DNA of 64,000 nucleotides from an uncultured Bacteroidales bacterium (GTDB lineage Bacteria > Bacteroidota > Bacteroidia > Bacteroidales > PUMT01): the NCBI GenBank assembly GCA_964421595.1, contig CAYQXY010000014.1, positions 10,536 through 74,535 of the forward strand, in the 5' to 3' direction. Below, piece by piece: positions 45,104 to 56,330 of this stretch; the first letter of the stretch is position 1, and the number at the start of each line of letters is the position of its first letter. The position numbers were made by a program, and so were the translations under genes. Under the pieces are notes generated by a model that was not told where the DNA came from, searched no databases, and saw only the letters and a list, made by a program, of their open reading frames with translations.

Positions 45104-45452
45104 TAATTTATACAGATTCTAATTTACAGAAAGATACGGACACCGGGAGTCAACAGATTTTTACCACCAGACAATTTCCACATCTAAATTTGTGATGCCT
45201 CCGGTGCTGTTAAGCAGCGAATGTATAATGTGCAATAATACAAGAACAGGTCTGACCAAAATGCGTTCCGTGCGAAGCCCCTTCAGGACGTTTTACTATG
45301 CCGCTTCGATAAGGGTTAAAAGACAGTAAATGCTAACCGCCTTGATTATGTATTTCATAATCACACTATTAATATGGACAAGCAACAGTCTCAGCTGTGC
45401 ATTATCTGTAAGCCAGCCTGCCAATATAAATAAAAGGCAGGTGAACAAACTG

Positions 45453-46403
45453 TCAGAAAACCCTCCTGACTATTTCAACAATATTATCGGGCCGGCTCAT
45501 TGTATAATAATGTATGGCCGGCACACCGGCTTTTTTAAGTTCGGCCGACTGGCTAATGGCCCAATCAATGCCCGCCTGGTAAACTTCTCCATCGGTTCTG
45601 CATGATCTGATAATCCTGAAAAGATCATCTGGAATAGTAACGCCAAAAACTTTCGGAAGTATTTCAAGGTGTTTTTTCAACGCAATTGGTTTCAATCCCG
45701 GTACAACAGGCACAGAAATTCCGATATCCCTGCAACGGGCCACAAATTCGTGAAATACCCGATTGTCAAAAAACATTTGGGTGACTATATATTCGGCTCC
45801 TGCATCAATTTTTTCTTTAAGATACAGCAAGTCACTCTCAAAGTCAGGAGCTTCGTAATGCTTTTCCGGATAACCTGCCACTCCCACTGAAAAGCTGGTA
45901 TGGGCCGGATCGCTATAGTAAGATTCAAGATATACTCCACGGTTCATATCCTTTATCTGCCTTACAAGATCAACGGCATATGAATGTCCATCCTCATATG
46001 GCTTGAAAGCTCCGGTTTCCTTATCGCCGTCACCCCTTAACACGAGCAAATTATGAATGCCAAGAAAATCAAGATCAATAAGGGCTTCTTCAGTGTCACG
46101 TTTGGAGAAACCTCCGCAAATAATATGCGGCACCACATCAATTCCATATTTATGATGGATTGCAGCCGCCAGGCCTACAGTACCGGGTCTTTTCCGGAGG
46201 ACCGTCTTTTTAATACTGCCATCGGCAAGTTTCGAAAAAACTGTTTCTTCCCTGTGATAGGTAATATTAATACAGGTAGGATTGAACTCTTTCAACTGAT
46301 CTATAGTATGGTATACACTTTCTATACTACTGCCCCTTAATGGGGGAAGCAGTTCAAAGGATATTTTGGTTATACCATCATTAAAATTATCAATAACCTT
46401 CAT
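45453..46403 (-). CDS. metF: 5,10-methylenetetrahydrofolate reductase
   Basis: 316 aa. ISFELLPPLRG, INITYH, FNPTC and the C-terminal HYYTM-type block are typical of MetF. Confidence 0.9.
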   Translation of the reverse strand: MKVIDNFNDGITKISFELLPPLRGSSIESVYHTIDQLKEFNPTCINITYHREETVFSKLADGSIKKTVLRKRPGTVGLAAAIHHKYGIDVVPHIICGGFSKRDTEEALIDLDFLGIHNLLVLRGDGDKETGAFKPYEDGHSYAVDLVRQIKDMNRGVYLESYYSDPAHTSFSVGVAGYPEKHYEAPDFESDLLYLKEKIDAGAEYIVTQMFFDNRVFHEFVARCRDIGISVPVVPGLKPIALKKHLEILPKVFGVTIPDDLFRIIRSCRTDGEVYQAGIDWAISQSAELKKAGVPAIHYYTMSRPDNIVEIVRRVF

Positions 46404-46590
46404 TCGTTAATAAATATATATTTTTAAAGCTCAGTAATCTTGTTTTATCAATTCAGCCACTGAATACTGACTGAGTATTTATATTTTATGGCGCTCCGGA
46501 CTGACAACAAAAATAGTTCTTTTGTCCGGCAATAAAGTGCCGGCCTTATACGAAAGATGATTAAAATGCTAAATTAACATCAAAATTATA

Positions 46591-46598
46591 AAACCATA
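46591..46598 (-). promoter_or_regulatory. Candidate -7 promoter box for metF
   Basis: The minus strand reads TAATTTTG (TAnnTTTG). This implies a metF leader of about 180 nt. Confidence 0.35.
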
Positions 46599-46708
46599 CG
46601 TGAAGGATGAAATATAACTTCTCCGGACCTGCCAAAATCCTTTTATGTCATTCAGATCCAGCTATCAGGAATCCGACAAGGTTCATGACAAGTATCCGGA
46701 TATTTACC

Positions 46709-46744
46709 AAAAAAACCGGGGCAGCAGTAAAACTGCTAACCCGG
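46709..46744 (-). terminator. Rho-independent terminator after metY
   Basis: The minus strand reads GCCGGGTTAGCAGTTTTACTGCTGCCCCGG followed by TTTTTTT. It starts about 35 nt after the metY stop. Confidence 0.7.
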
Positions 46745-46778
46745 CTTCAATCTTTTAATTCATGTCTTACCTGCGTCC

Positions 46779-49522
<2,744 letters not shown>

Positions 49523-49624
49523 GATTAATCATTATTTAAAAGAAGTTTGTATTAGATTTAGTATATACCCCCACGACCGGTTACCTTGACCGGAATGAAG
49601 AAGCCTCACATATAGGAGGGATTA

Positions 49625-49768
49625 TCAATGCATGCTGCGCATGCCGCGCATCAACATGTGCATGGGTATAAGCAAAGGAAAGGCAGGAATGAAAACGAAT
49701 GCGGGAAAGACCGGAGCTGGCTGACCGGATTCCTGGTTTTTAAAGTTCAATCTGTTATTATTCTTCAT
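49625..49768 (-). CDS. 47-codon Met-codon-rich mini-ORF in the leader (candidate leader peptide; may be non-coding)
   Basis: My manual translation is MKNNNRLNFKNQESGQPAPVFPAFVFIPAFPLLIPMHMLMRGMRSMH*. It is too short for the ORF track. The ATG lies 19 nt after the riboswitch P1 3' arm. Five of the last 12 sense codons are ATG. Confidence 0.3.
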   Translation of the reverse strand: MKNNNRLNFKNQESGQPAPVFPAFVFIPAFPLLIPMHMLMRGMRSMH

Positions 49769-49786
49769 GTGTAAACCGGTTTTGAG

Positions 49787-49882
49787 TTTATAATCCCCTT
49801 GGGGCAGGTTTTAGCACCTTTTCTCTGGTAAGAGGGTTGCTAGAGCTTCATTGAGCCTGTTCTCTCTGCTCTTCTTTATAAA
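49787..49882 (-). promoter_or_regulatory. SAM-I (S-box) riboswitch aptamer
   Basis: The minus strand reads UUUAUAA-AGAAGAGCAGAGAGAACAGGCUCAAUGAAGCUCUAGCAACCCUCUUACCAGAGAAAAGGUGCUAAAACCUGCCCCAAGGGGA-UUAUAAA. P1 is UUUAUAA/UUAUAAA, P2 is GAGC/GCUC, P3 is CUCU/AGAG and P4 is CCCC/GGGG. The conserved strings AUGAAGC..GCAACC and AGGUGCUAA are in the expected order. Confidence 0.8.
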
Positions 49883-49921
49883 TCAAACCCTTTTGTGGAC
49901 GGGTATTGAATTTTACTATTG

Positions 49922-49929
49922 CAAAAATA
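49922..49929 (-). promoter_or_regulatory. Candidate -7 promoter box driving the riboswitch/aspartokinase/metY transcript
   Basis: The minus strand reads TATTTTTG (TAnnTTTG), about 40 nt upstream of the aptamer P1. Confidence 0.45.
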
Positions 49930-50252
49930 ACTGTTTTTGTTAAAGAAAAAAGCTTTTAATTGAATTAATCTTATTTAATATTGCCTGGAATACCCTCATC
50001 CAATTAAATACGGTTATCTCCGTAATTCAATTCTTGATTTACCGATTATAAACAAATTACCTGAATTAGTGTTCAAATGCCGGGCCATATTAAATATTTT
50101 TTTCTGACTTTTAATGAATTTGTCATCTAAGCCTGTGGTCAGCTAACCAATAAGGGAAAATCTGGCAATTAAGGAAACCAGGCCATGTAAAGGCAGTTCT
50201 TATAAATGGTGCCAGTTACTTTTCTGAAATAATAATCAATTCATAGTAACAG

Positions 50253-51440
50253 CTAAGGGGTAAAAGTAGTTACTGCCTCATGTTCCGGGAATCCCTTAAG
50301 AATGCTTCCACCCGATAAATATACGGAACCTGCTGTATCCCGAAGGTTATAGTTCAGGGTCATCGACTCGGCATATGCACCACATGAATGGATCTGAAGA
50401 AAATCGCCCCGGGTTGTTTCCGGAAGTTCAATATCCTTTGCAAAAACATCAGAAGACTCACAAACCGGACCTACTACATCATATTTCTCAGTTGGACCTG
50501 AACTGCTTATACTTGTAATTTTGTGCTTTGCCTGGTAAAGGGAAGGCCTCATAAGCTCTGTCATACCAGCATCGGCAATTATAAATTTCTTTCCAATACC
50601 CTGTTTTGTATAAAGTACCTTTGTTACAATTCTGCCACTCTGCCCCACCAGGCTTCTGCCAAGCTCAAAATGGATGCTGGTTTCTTCCGGAACATTGAGG
50701 TTTTCAGAAAAAACAGTAAAGAAAGAATTAAAGTCAGGAATCGGATTTCCCTCAGGATTAGTGTAATCAATGCCGAATCCACCACCAAGGTTCAGAATAT
50801 GTCCACCGTAACCTTTAATATTAAACTCTTCCCATATATGGTTTACCCTTGCACAAAGTCTCCTGAATGGCTCAAGTGTAGTAATTTGCGAACCAATATG
50901 AAAATGCAGTCCCATAAACTCAATATTAGGCGACTTGTCGCATATATCGAGTGCGGTCCTGAGATGTGGCAGACTAATGCCAAACTTGTTCTCATCCATG
51001 CCGGTTGCAATATAATGGTGTGTCGCGGCATCTACAGACGGATTCACCCTGAGTGCAATTCGGGCTACTCTACCGGTGAGCCTGGCAAGATCAGAGATAA
51101 CCTCCACCTCTTCAACAGATTCGCAATTAATACAGAATATCTCCTCTTCAAGAGCAAGGACTATATCAGCATCAGATTTGCCTACACCGGCAAAGACTAT
51201 CCCCTTGGCCGGGAACCCTGATTCAAGAGCTTTTCGAATCTCATTGCCACTCACACAATCGACTCCAAAGCCGTAATCTCTGATTCTTGAAGAAATAACG
51301 GAATTATGGTTTGCTTTAATTGCATAGTGAATGGTATAATTATGCATTGCAGCAGCCTGTGATGCACTGGAAAGCGTGTCATCCAGCAAATCAAGGTCGT
51401 AAAGATAAAAAGGTGTTTTTATACCTGTGAAATCAACCAT
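50253..51440 (-). CDS. lysA: Diaminopimelate decarboxylase
   Basis: 395 aa. It has YAIKAN (PLP Lys), GFGVDCVSGNE, NLGGGFGI, CESSD and HSCGAY, the fold-type III decarboxylase blocks. Confidence 0.92.
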   Translation of the reverse strand: MVDFTGIKTPFYLYDLDLLDDTLSSASQAAAMHNYTIHYAIKANHNSVISSRIRDYGFGVDCVSGNEIRKALESGFPAKGIVFAGVGKSDADIVLALEEEIFCINCESVEEVEVISDLARLTGRVARIALRVNPSVDAATHHYIATGMDENKFGISLPHLRTALDICDKSPNIEFMGLHFHIGSQITTLEPFRRLCARVNHIWEEFNIKGYGGHILNLGGGFGIDYTNPEGNPIPDFNSFFTVFSENLNVPEETSIHFELGRSLVGQSGRIVTKVLYTKQGIGKKFIIADAGMTELMRPSLYQAKHKITSISSSGPTEKYDVVGPVCESSDVFAKDIELPETTRGDFLQIHSCGAYAESMTLNYNLRDTAGSVYLSGGSILKGFPEHEAVTTFTP

Positions 51441-52768
51441 GGATCATTGATTTTTGTCTGATTACTGAACAGAAAATTATTTAATGAGCGAAGAACCTCT
51501 ATCCTCTGCTCTTCAGGAACAACAATACTGATATTATTCCTGCTTCCTCCGAATGAGATCATTTTAACATTGAAATGCCTCAATGAATCAAGTATTCTCA
51601 CCGCCCGGTCCTGATGCTGCTCCAGTATATCACCAACAACGCAGACTATAGCCTGACCGGCTTCAGCCGATACTGCTCCCAGGCTCCCAAGTTCATTTTC
51701 AATCTCTGCAAGATGACGTGGATTGTCAATTGTTACGGATACTGATATTTCAGATGTTGTTATAACATCAATGGGCGTCTTATATTTTTCAAAGATGGCG
51801 AATATCCTGCTCAAAAAACCATATGCATTTAACATCCTGTCTGACCTGATCCTGATGACAGTTATACCCTCCTTCGCCGCAACAGCTGTAATACCTTTTT
51901 TCTCAATATCAGAACGGATTGTAGTACCGGCTGCAACAGGATCAAGCGTATTTTTAAGCTTGATTGTAATATTATTATTACTGGCAGGCCAGACACATGA
52001 AGGATGTAATATCTTTGCCCCGAAATATGCCAACTCTGCTGCTTCATCAAATGACATTTCCCTGATGGGGAAAGTATTATCAACAATTCTGGGGTCGTTA
52101 TTCCTTACACCGTCAATATCGGTCCATATTTCTATAGAATCAGCCATCAGAGCAGCTCCTGCCAGTGTGGCAGTGTAGTCGCTCCCGCCTCTTTTCAGGT
52201 TGCTGGTATTCCCGGCCTGATCGAGGCAAATATACCCCTGGGTCAGAAACCTGCCAACCGGAGCTTCTCCAATAATCCCCTGTAATCTTTGAGTTATATC
52301 GCTTATTGACGGCTCATCATCAGAACCGGTACTCATGAAGTCGAGGGCATTTAGCCATGTGATGGCAATTTCCTGAGAATTCATATAAAGCGCAAACAAT
52401 TCAGATGTAATTATCTCACCCTGAGCCAGCAACCAGTTCTCTTCATGAATACTGTAATCACGCCTGATCCGGCTTTGAATTATATTAAAGCGATCATGAA
52501 TTGAACTTTGCGCAATTGCGAGCGATTCGGCATCATCAAAAAGGCTGATGCTTGTCTGCATAAAATGATCCCTTAGTTTCTCAAGCAGCATCACTGCCCT
52601 GTCATCTCCACATTTCCATGAATCAGACGCATCTACAAGAGTATTTGTCACACCGCTCATGGCGGAAACTACAACAAAACAATTGCTGTTTTTTTCTATT
52701 AACCGGGCAACCTGTCTTATTCTCTCTGCATTACCAAGAGAAGTCCCCCCAAATTTCATTACAATCAT
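51419..52768 (-). CDS. lysC: Aspartate kinase (Lys-operon copy)
   Basis: I chose the start at ATG 52768 (MIVMKFGGTSLG). The track's 52789 is a GTG. The blocks KRGGSDYTATLAGAAL, SFDEAAELAYFGAKILHP and two ACT-like repeats are present. The 3' end overlaps lysA by 22 nt. Confidence 0.9.
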   Translation of the reverse strand: MIVMKFGGTSLGNAERIRQVARLIEKNSNCFVVVSAMSGVTNTLVDASDSWKCGDDRAVMLLEKLRDHFMQTSISLFDDAESLAIAQSSIHDRFNIIQSRIRRDYSIHEENWLLAQGEIITSELFALYMNSQEIAITWLNALDFMSTGSDDEPSISDITQRLQGIIGEAPVGRFLTQGYICLDQAGNTSNLKRGGSDYTATLAGAALMADSIEIWTDIDGVRNNDPRIVDNTFPIREMSFDEAAELAYFGAKILHPSCVWPASNNNITIKLKNTLDPVAAGTTIRSDIEKKGITAVAAKEGITVIRIRSDRMLNAYGFLSRIFAIFEKYKTPIDVITTSEISVSVTIDNPRHLAEIENELGSLGAVSAEAGQAIVCVVGDILEQHQDRAVRILDSLRHFNVKMISFGGSRNNISIVVPEEQRIEVLRSLNNFLFSNQTKINDPWLISQV

Positions 52769-52971
52769 AAACTGATAATTTTTAAACACAAAGTAAGCAA
52801 AGCTGGCTGGAACAATAAAACTTTTAACACCATTTCAACATTTTTATAACTTTATGTTTATTTTTTAACAAAGTGGGCTATATACCTGCTAATAGCACTT
52901 TAACAATATGACATGTAATATGATAGTTGTGATTTTGTTGATATTAACCGGACACAAATACAGGAAAATAA

Positions 52972-54237
52972 CTAATCATTTATTTCGGCAATCAATTCAT
53001 TGCCAACAAACTCAAATTCATTTCCATTAACGGGAGCTGAGAGATATACTGCATCTCCGGTCTCAAGGCCCTTTTCAATTATGATAAAGTTGTCATTTGA
53101 AGCCCCGGTTACAACAATTTGTTTTGTCCGGTCATATTTATATACATATGGTATACCCTCTTCTTCATGAACTGCGGCAAAGGGAACAAAGTGAACATCA
53201 CTGTATGAACCAGCTACAATAACATTGCTTGTTGTCATCGCAGGACGCAGCAGGCCATCAACCTGATCTACCAGGATAAGAACCTCAAAGACTTTCGCAT
53301 CTGTGTTTGGCATCTCCTGTCCAACATTGGATACTTCAATAACTGAACCGGTGTAACTCCTGTCATGAAAAGCGTCCATTCCAATTCGCACCGGCTGACC
53401 AACACGAACCCTGGTTACATCAATTTCACTGACGTATGCCCTTGATACCAGAGTGGAAAGGTCAGGCATCACAGCAACTGTGAGATCTCTGGAATGAATT
53501 GTCGATCCTACTTTTCTTTTTTCGCCATTCCATTCGCGATGATAAATAATCATGCCCGATTCAGGGGCATTAATGACAAATTTATCAAGTAAATCACTCA
53601 TGGCCTGGAATTGTCGCTGAGTTCTTTGCAGTTCGAGACTTGCTTCGATCAATACTTCATCTGCCTCCTTTTGAAGCAGTACGTAATTTTCCCTGGCCTG
53701 TTCCAGTGCAAGCTCTGCTCTCTGGATATTAATTTCAGCCTGCCGGATGGTTGCAGGGGGTTCATAAGCAGATTGCTCTAAAATCAACCTGCTTTCTTCA
53801 ACTTCATGCTCAAGATTTATCAGTTCGTCACGCAATGAACGCATGGAGATGGTAGTATCAAGCTGTGCAGCATTATAATTGGACTCTTCACTAAGCATAT
53901 TATCTTCAAGGTCCCTTAATGAAAGTTCAGCCTCCGTCCTGTCGAGAGTGGCTATCCAGTCGCCAGCTTCAACTATAGTTCCTTCAGCAACCATATCAAG
54001 AATAGGCACATTTCGAAGCCGTATGTTACGGCTTTGTAATTCCAGCGGACCTTGTATCATAATTGAGTTTTCAGCTTCGAGCTCACCGGTAACTGTCACA
54101 AGTATTTCGAATTGTCCCTTTTGTACTTCATATGAAGGCTGATCAATAGCAGCCTTGCCGGGAATTATCAGAATCACCAGTATAATTACAAGAATGGCTG
54201 CGAAACCTGCCGAAATGTATTTTATGTATTGTTTCAT
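52972..54237 (-). CDS. Efflux-pump periplasmic adaptor (HlyD/MacA-type membrane fusion protein)
   Basis: 421 aa with an N-terminal membrane anchor, a long E/L/Q-rich coiled-coil hairpin and beta-barrel-type C-terminal domains (GQPVRIGMDAF...YTGSV). Confidence 0.78.
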   Translation of the reverse strand: MKQYIKYISAGFAAILVIILVILIIPGKAAIDQPSYEVQKGQFEILVTVTGELEAENSIMIQGPLELQSRNIRLRNVPILDMVAEGTIVEAGDWIATLDRTEAELSLRDLEDNMLSEESNYNAAQLDTTISMRSLRDELINLEHEVEESRLILEQSAYEPPATIRQAEINIQRAELALEQARENYVLLQKEADEVLIEASLELQRTQRQFQAMSDLLDKFVINAPESGMIIYHREWNGEKRKVGSTIHSRDLTVAVMPDLSTLVSRAYVSEIDVTRVRVGQPVRIGMDAFHDRSYTGSVIEVSNVGQEMPNTDAKVFEVLILVDQVDGLLRPAMTTSNVIVAGSYSDVHFVPFAAVHEEEGIPYVYKYDRTKQIVVTGASNDNFIIIEKGLETGDAVYLSAPVNGNEFEFVGNELIAEIND

Positions 54238-54674
54238 CTTTATCAGAAAATTAATTAAATAAAAAAAGTAATTATGGTTGGCAGCAAATTCATCATCAAT
54301 ATTTCAATGCCGGTGGTTCAAATATGCTCATGCATTTTTTGATTACCACGCACCTTATTTTACTAAAAACTGAGATTCTTTTTCTGAATTTTAAGGATAT
54401 AATGGTGAAAATATTAATTATCTACATATTAATATACTTATACACACTAACGATTTAAAGGGGCTTTTGTTGCCAGGAGAAGCGCGTATTATATTTTGTT
54501 AACAGTGTGAACCACCTGCTGTACTTGTGCCTTCTGGCAATGGATTAGGGAAAGTTCATTGACAAGATTGAATAAAACTGCATTGGGACAGGTTTCCTGT
54601 AAGTTCATAACAGGTCTCCTACATGGTAAAAATTAACAGGAATGTGACGGCAGGAACCGATAAAAATTCCGGAA

Positions 54675-55922
54675 TCATTGAAGTCTCTGCGCTCTTATGT
54701 TTTTATAAAGCTCCCAGTCAAAACTTTCTAGAAATTGATAGGCTTTAGTGGCCCCCAGAACGAATAGTCCGACCTGCTTTTCCCGCGACATTTTGAAATC
54801 AAGCCAGTTATACTTATCGTCAGCATTAATATAACAAATAAGGTTATTGTAGTCAGGATTTTTGCGAATAAAATCGTAATCATGTAATTGCCTCATAGTA
54901 CCTACCATGGCACCGATCATCCCTCCTATCTGATCTGTGTTACTGTAATTTCCACGCCATGTACTGAGCCTTACTCCAAAAGTAGGCTTTCTGGGAACTC
55001 TGTTTATAATGTGAAATGCATTAATAGGAAAATTTGAAAGCAAACCACCATCGACAAAACGCACCAAATCAGGAATTTTACCATAGTATCCGGTATGTCT
55101 TCGCCATGAAGTCTCATGCTTAAGGAGAAAGGGGTCCTCTATTTTTCCAGCATTTGGTATATCCTTTATTTCCAGGGGACAAAAGAAAAATGGAATCGAC
55201 ATTGAGGCTCTTACAAATTTAGCCGGGGAAACACTTCCGGGATCATGCCAGTAGAGGCCTGCCATTTCAGGAAAAACAATCTTGCTCTTGGTAGTGATGT
55301 CGGCAGCAATAATCTGAATTTCCGGCAAACGCGATATTTCTTTATAACTATCAGAACGGTCAAAGAGTGTGGGAACCTGTTCCCTGAATCTTGTCAGGTC
55401 ATTTAAAGTATTTATATTACGTCCTGAAAGTGTTTCTGTTAACCATTGCTCAAAAGAATTTCCCGGATTAAATCCAAGACATTTTTTCAGTGTCCTCCAT
55501 ATTAAAAAGGAGTTAATAATTATATAAAACTTCAGGAATGGGTGGTTGCTGATGTATCGGTGAAACAGCTTATTAATCCGTGAATTCCCGTCAACAAAAT
55601 CAGAAAGGTCCTTCCTGCTTAATATATCCAGTATTATTTCAGAAACCGGCTCTCCGATCCTTCCGGTTCCTGCCATCATAATCGTATTTATTGCTCCGGC
55701 AGAGGTACCTGCCAGACTGAAAAACCTTATCCCTGCTTTCTCCAGAATATAGGTATATCCACACAGGGCAATACCCAGCATTCCTCCTCCCTCCTGTACA
55801 AGATCAACATATTGGTTACCGGCCTGGTCAACTATGTCAGTATATTGCTTTTTATCAATCCCTTTTTCTTTAATACCGTTAACTAATTTCAGGATTTCCG
55901 GATTTGTAATAAACTTATCCAT
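54675..55922 (-). CDS. Patatin-like phospholipase family protein
   Basis: I moved the start to ATG 55922 (MDKFITNPE...), because the track start 56015 would overlap the upstream small ORF. The blocks LVQEGGGMLGIA (oxyanion), AGTSAGA (GxSxG) and VDGGLLSNFP (catalytic Asp) are present. Confidence 0.85.
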   Translation of the reverse strand: MDKFITNPEILKLVNGIKEKGIDKKQYTDIVDQAGNQYVDLVQEGGGMLGIALCGYTYILEKAGIRFFSLAGTSAGAINTIMMAGTGRIGEPVSEIILDILSRKDLSDFVDGNSRINKLFHRYISNHPFLKFYIIINSFLIWRTLKKCLGFNPGNSFEQWLTETLSGRNINTLNDLTRFREQVPTLFDRSDSYKEISRLPEIQIIAADITTKSKIVFPEMAGLYWHDPGSVSPAKFVRASMSIPFFFCPLEIKDIPNAGKIEDPFLLKHETSWRRHTGYYGKIPDLVRFVDGGLLSNFPINAFHIINRVPRKPTFGVRLSTWRGNYSNTDQIGGMIGAMVGTMRQLHDYDFIRKNPDYNNLICYINADDKYNWLDFKMSREKQVGLFVLGATKAYQFLESFDWELYKNIRAQRLQ

Positions 55923-55966
55923 CCATAAACTATTAATGTAATTTGAATCAGTCAGGCTAAACAATC

Positions 55967-56149
55967 CTACATTCCGAGATATTTCATAAGGTGATATACC
56001 AGAAATGCAGGCCATACCAATGCTTTAACAAACCCAATTATTCCCGTTAAAAAGCTGGTAGCCTGACCAATAAAAAAAACTGCAGCACCTATGAAACCCA
56101 GTCCATACACTGCACCGGCAGGGCCGCTGCCATGATAATCTCTTGCCAT
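55967..56149 (-). CDS. Small two-helix membrane protein
   Basis: 60 aa: MARDYHGSGPAGAVYGLGFIGAAVFFIGQATSFLTGIIGFVKALVWPAFLVYHLMKYLGM. It has two clear hydrophobic helices and lies immediately upstream of the patatin gene. Confidence 0.4.
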   Translation of the reverse strand: MARDYHGSGPAGAVYGLGFIGAAVFFIGQATSFLTGIIGFVKALVWPAFLVYHLMKYLGM

Positions 56150-56218
56150 AATGTTTTCTTTTTTAGAATTTTGTAAACGAGATTTAAGAATGAAATATAA
56201 TATTACAATAATTAACAG

Positions 56219-56245
56219 AAAAAAACTATAGCCGGTAACCCGGCA
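56219..56245 (-). terminator. Candidate terminator after the GH-like lipoprotein gene
   Basis: The minus strand reads GCCGG-GTTA-CCGGC, followed 5 nt later by TTTTTTT. The stem is short (5 bp). Confidence 0.35.
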
Positions 56246-56330
56246 GACATCTTATAATAATTTCAAGCAATTACTTCGTATTTAATATGTGTCCGCTTTC
56301 GGCAACTATCCACATCGTCATCCCGGTTGA

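Noticed and set aside
45330-45605. 91-aa plus-strand ORF
   Set aside because: Its 3' half is antisense to the metF C-terminus, and its 5' half lies in the metF/hydrogenase intergenic spacer. It has no motif.
50523-51221. 232-aa plus-strand ORF
   Set aside because: It is antisense to lysA, whose PLP-decarboxylase motifs are unambiguous. It has no motifs of its own.
52790-52971. Possible lysine riboswitch upstream of the lysC-lysA operon
   Set aside because: I read both strands and found none of the conserved L-box strings or the multi-stem layout. The spacer is AT-rich with no long helices. A covariance-model scan would be decisive.
54238-54674. 437-bp non-coding gap between the patatin and MFP genes (several short hairpins, a TTGCCAG...CTGGCAA pairing)
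   Set aside because: It has no canonical terminator, promoter box or known RNA motif, and the hairpins are short (5-7 bp). It may hold a promoter for the MFP gene, but I cannot support a specific feature.
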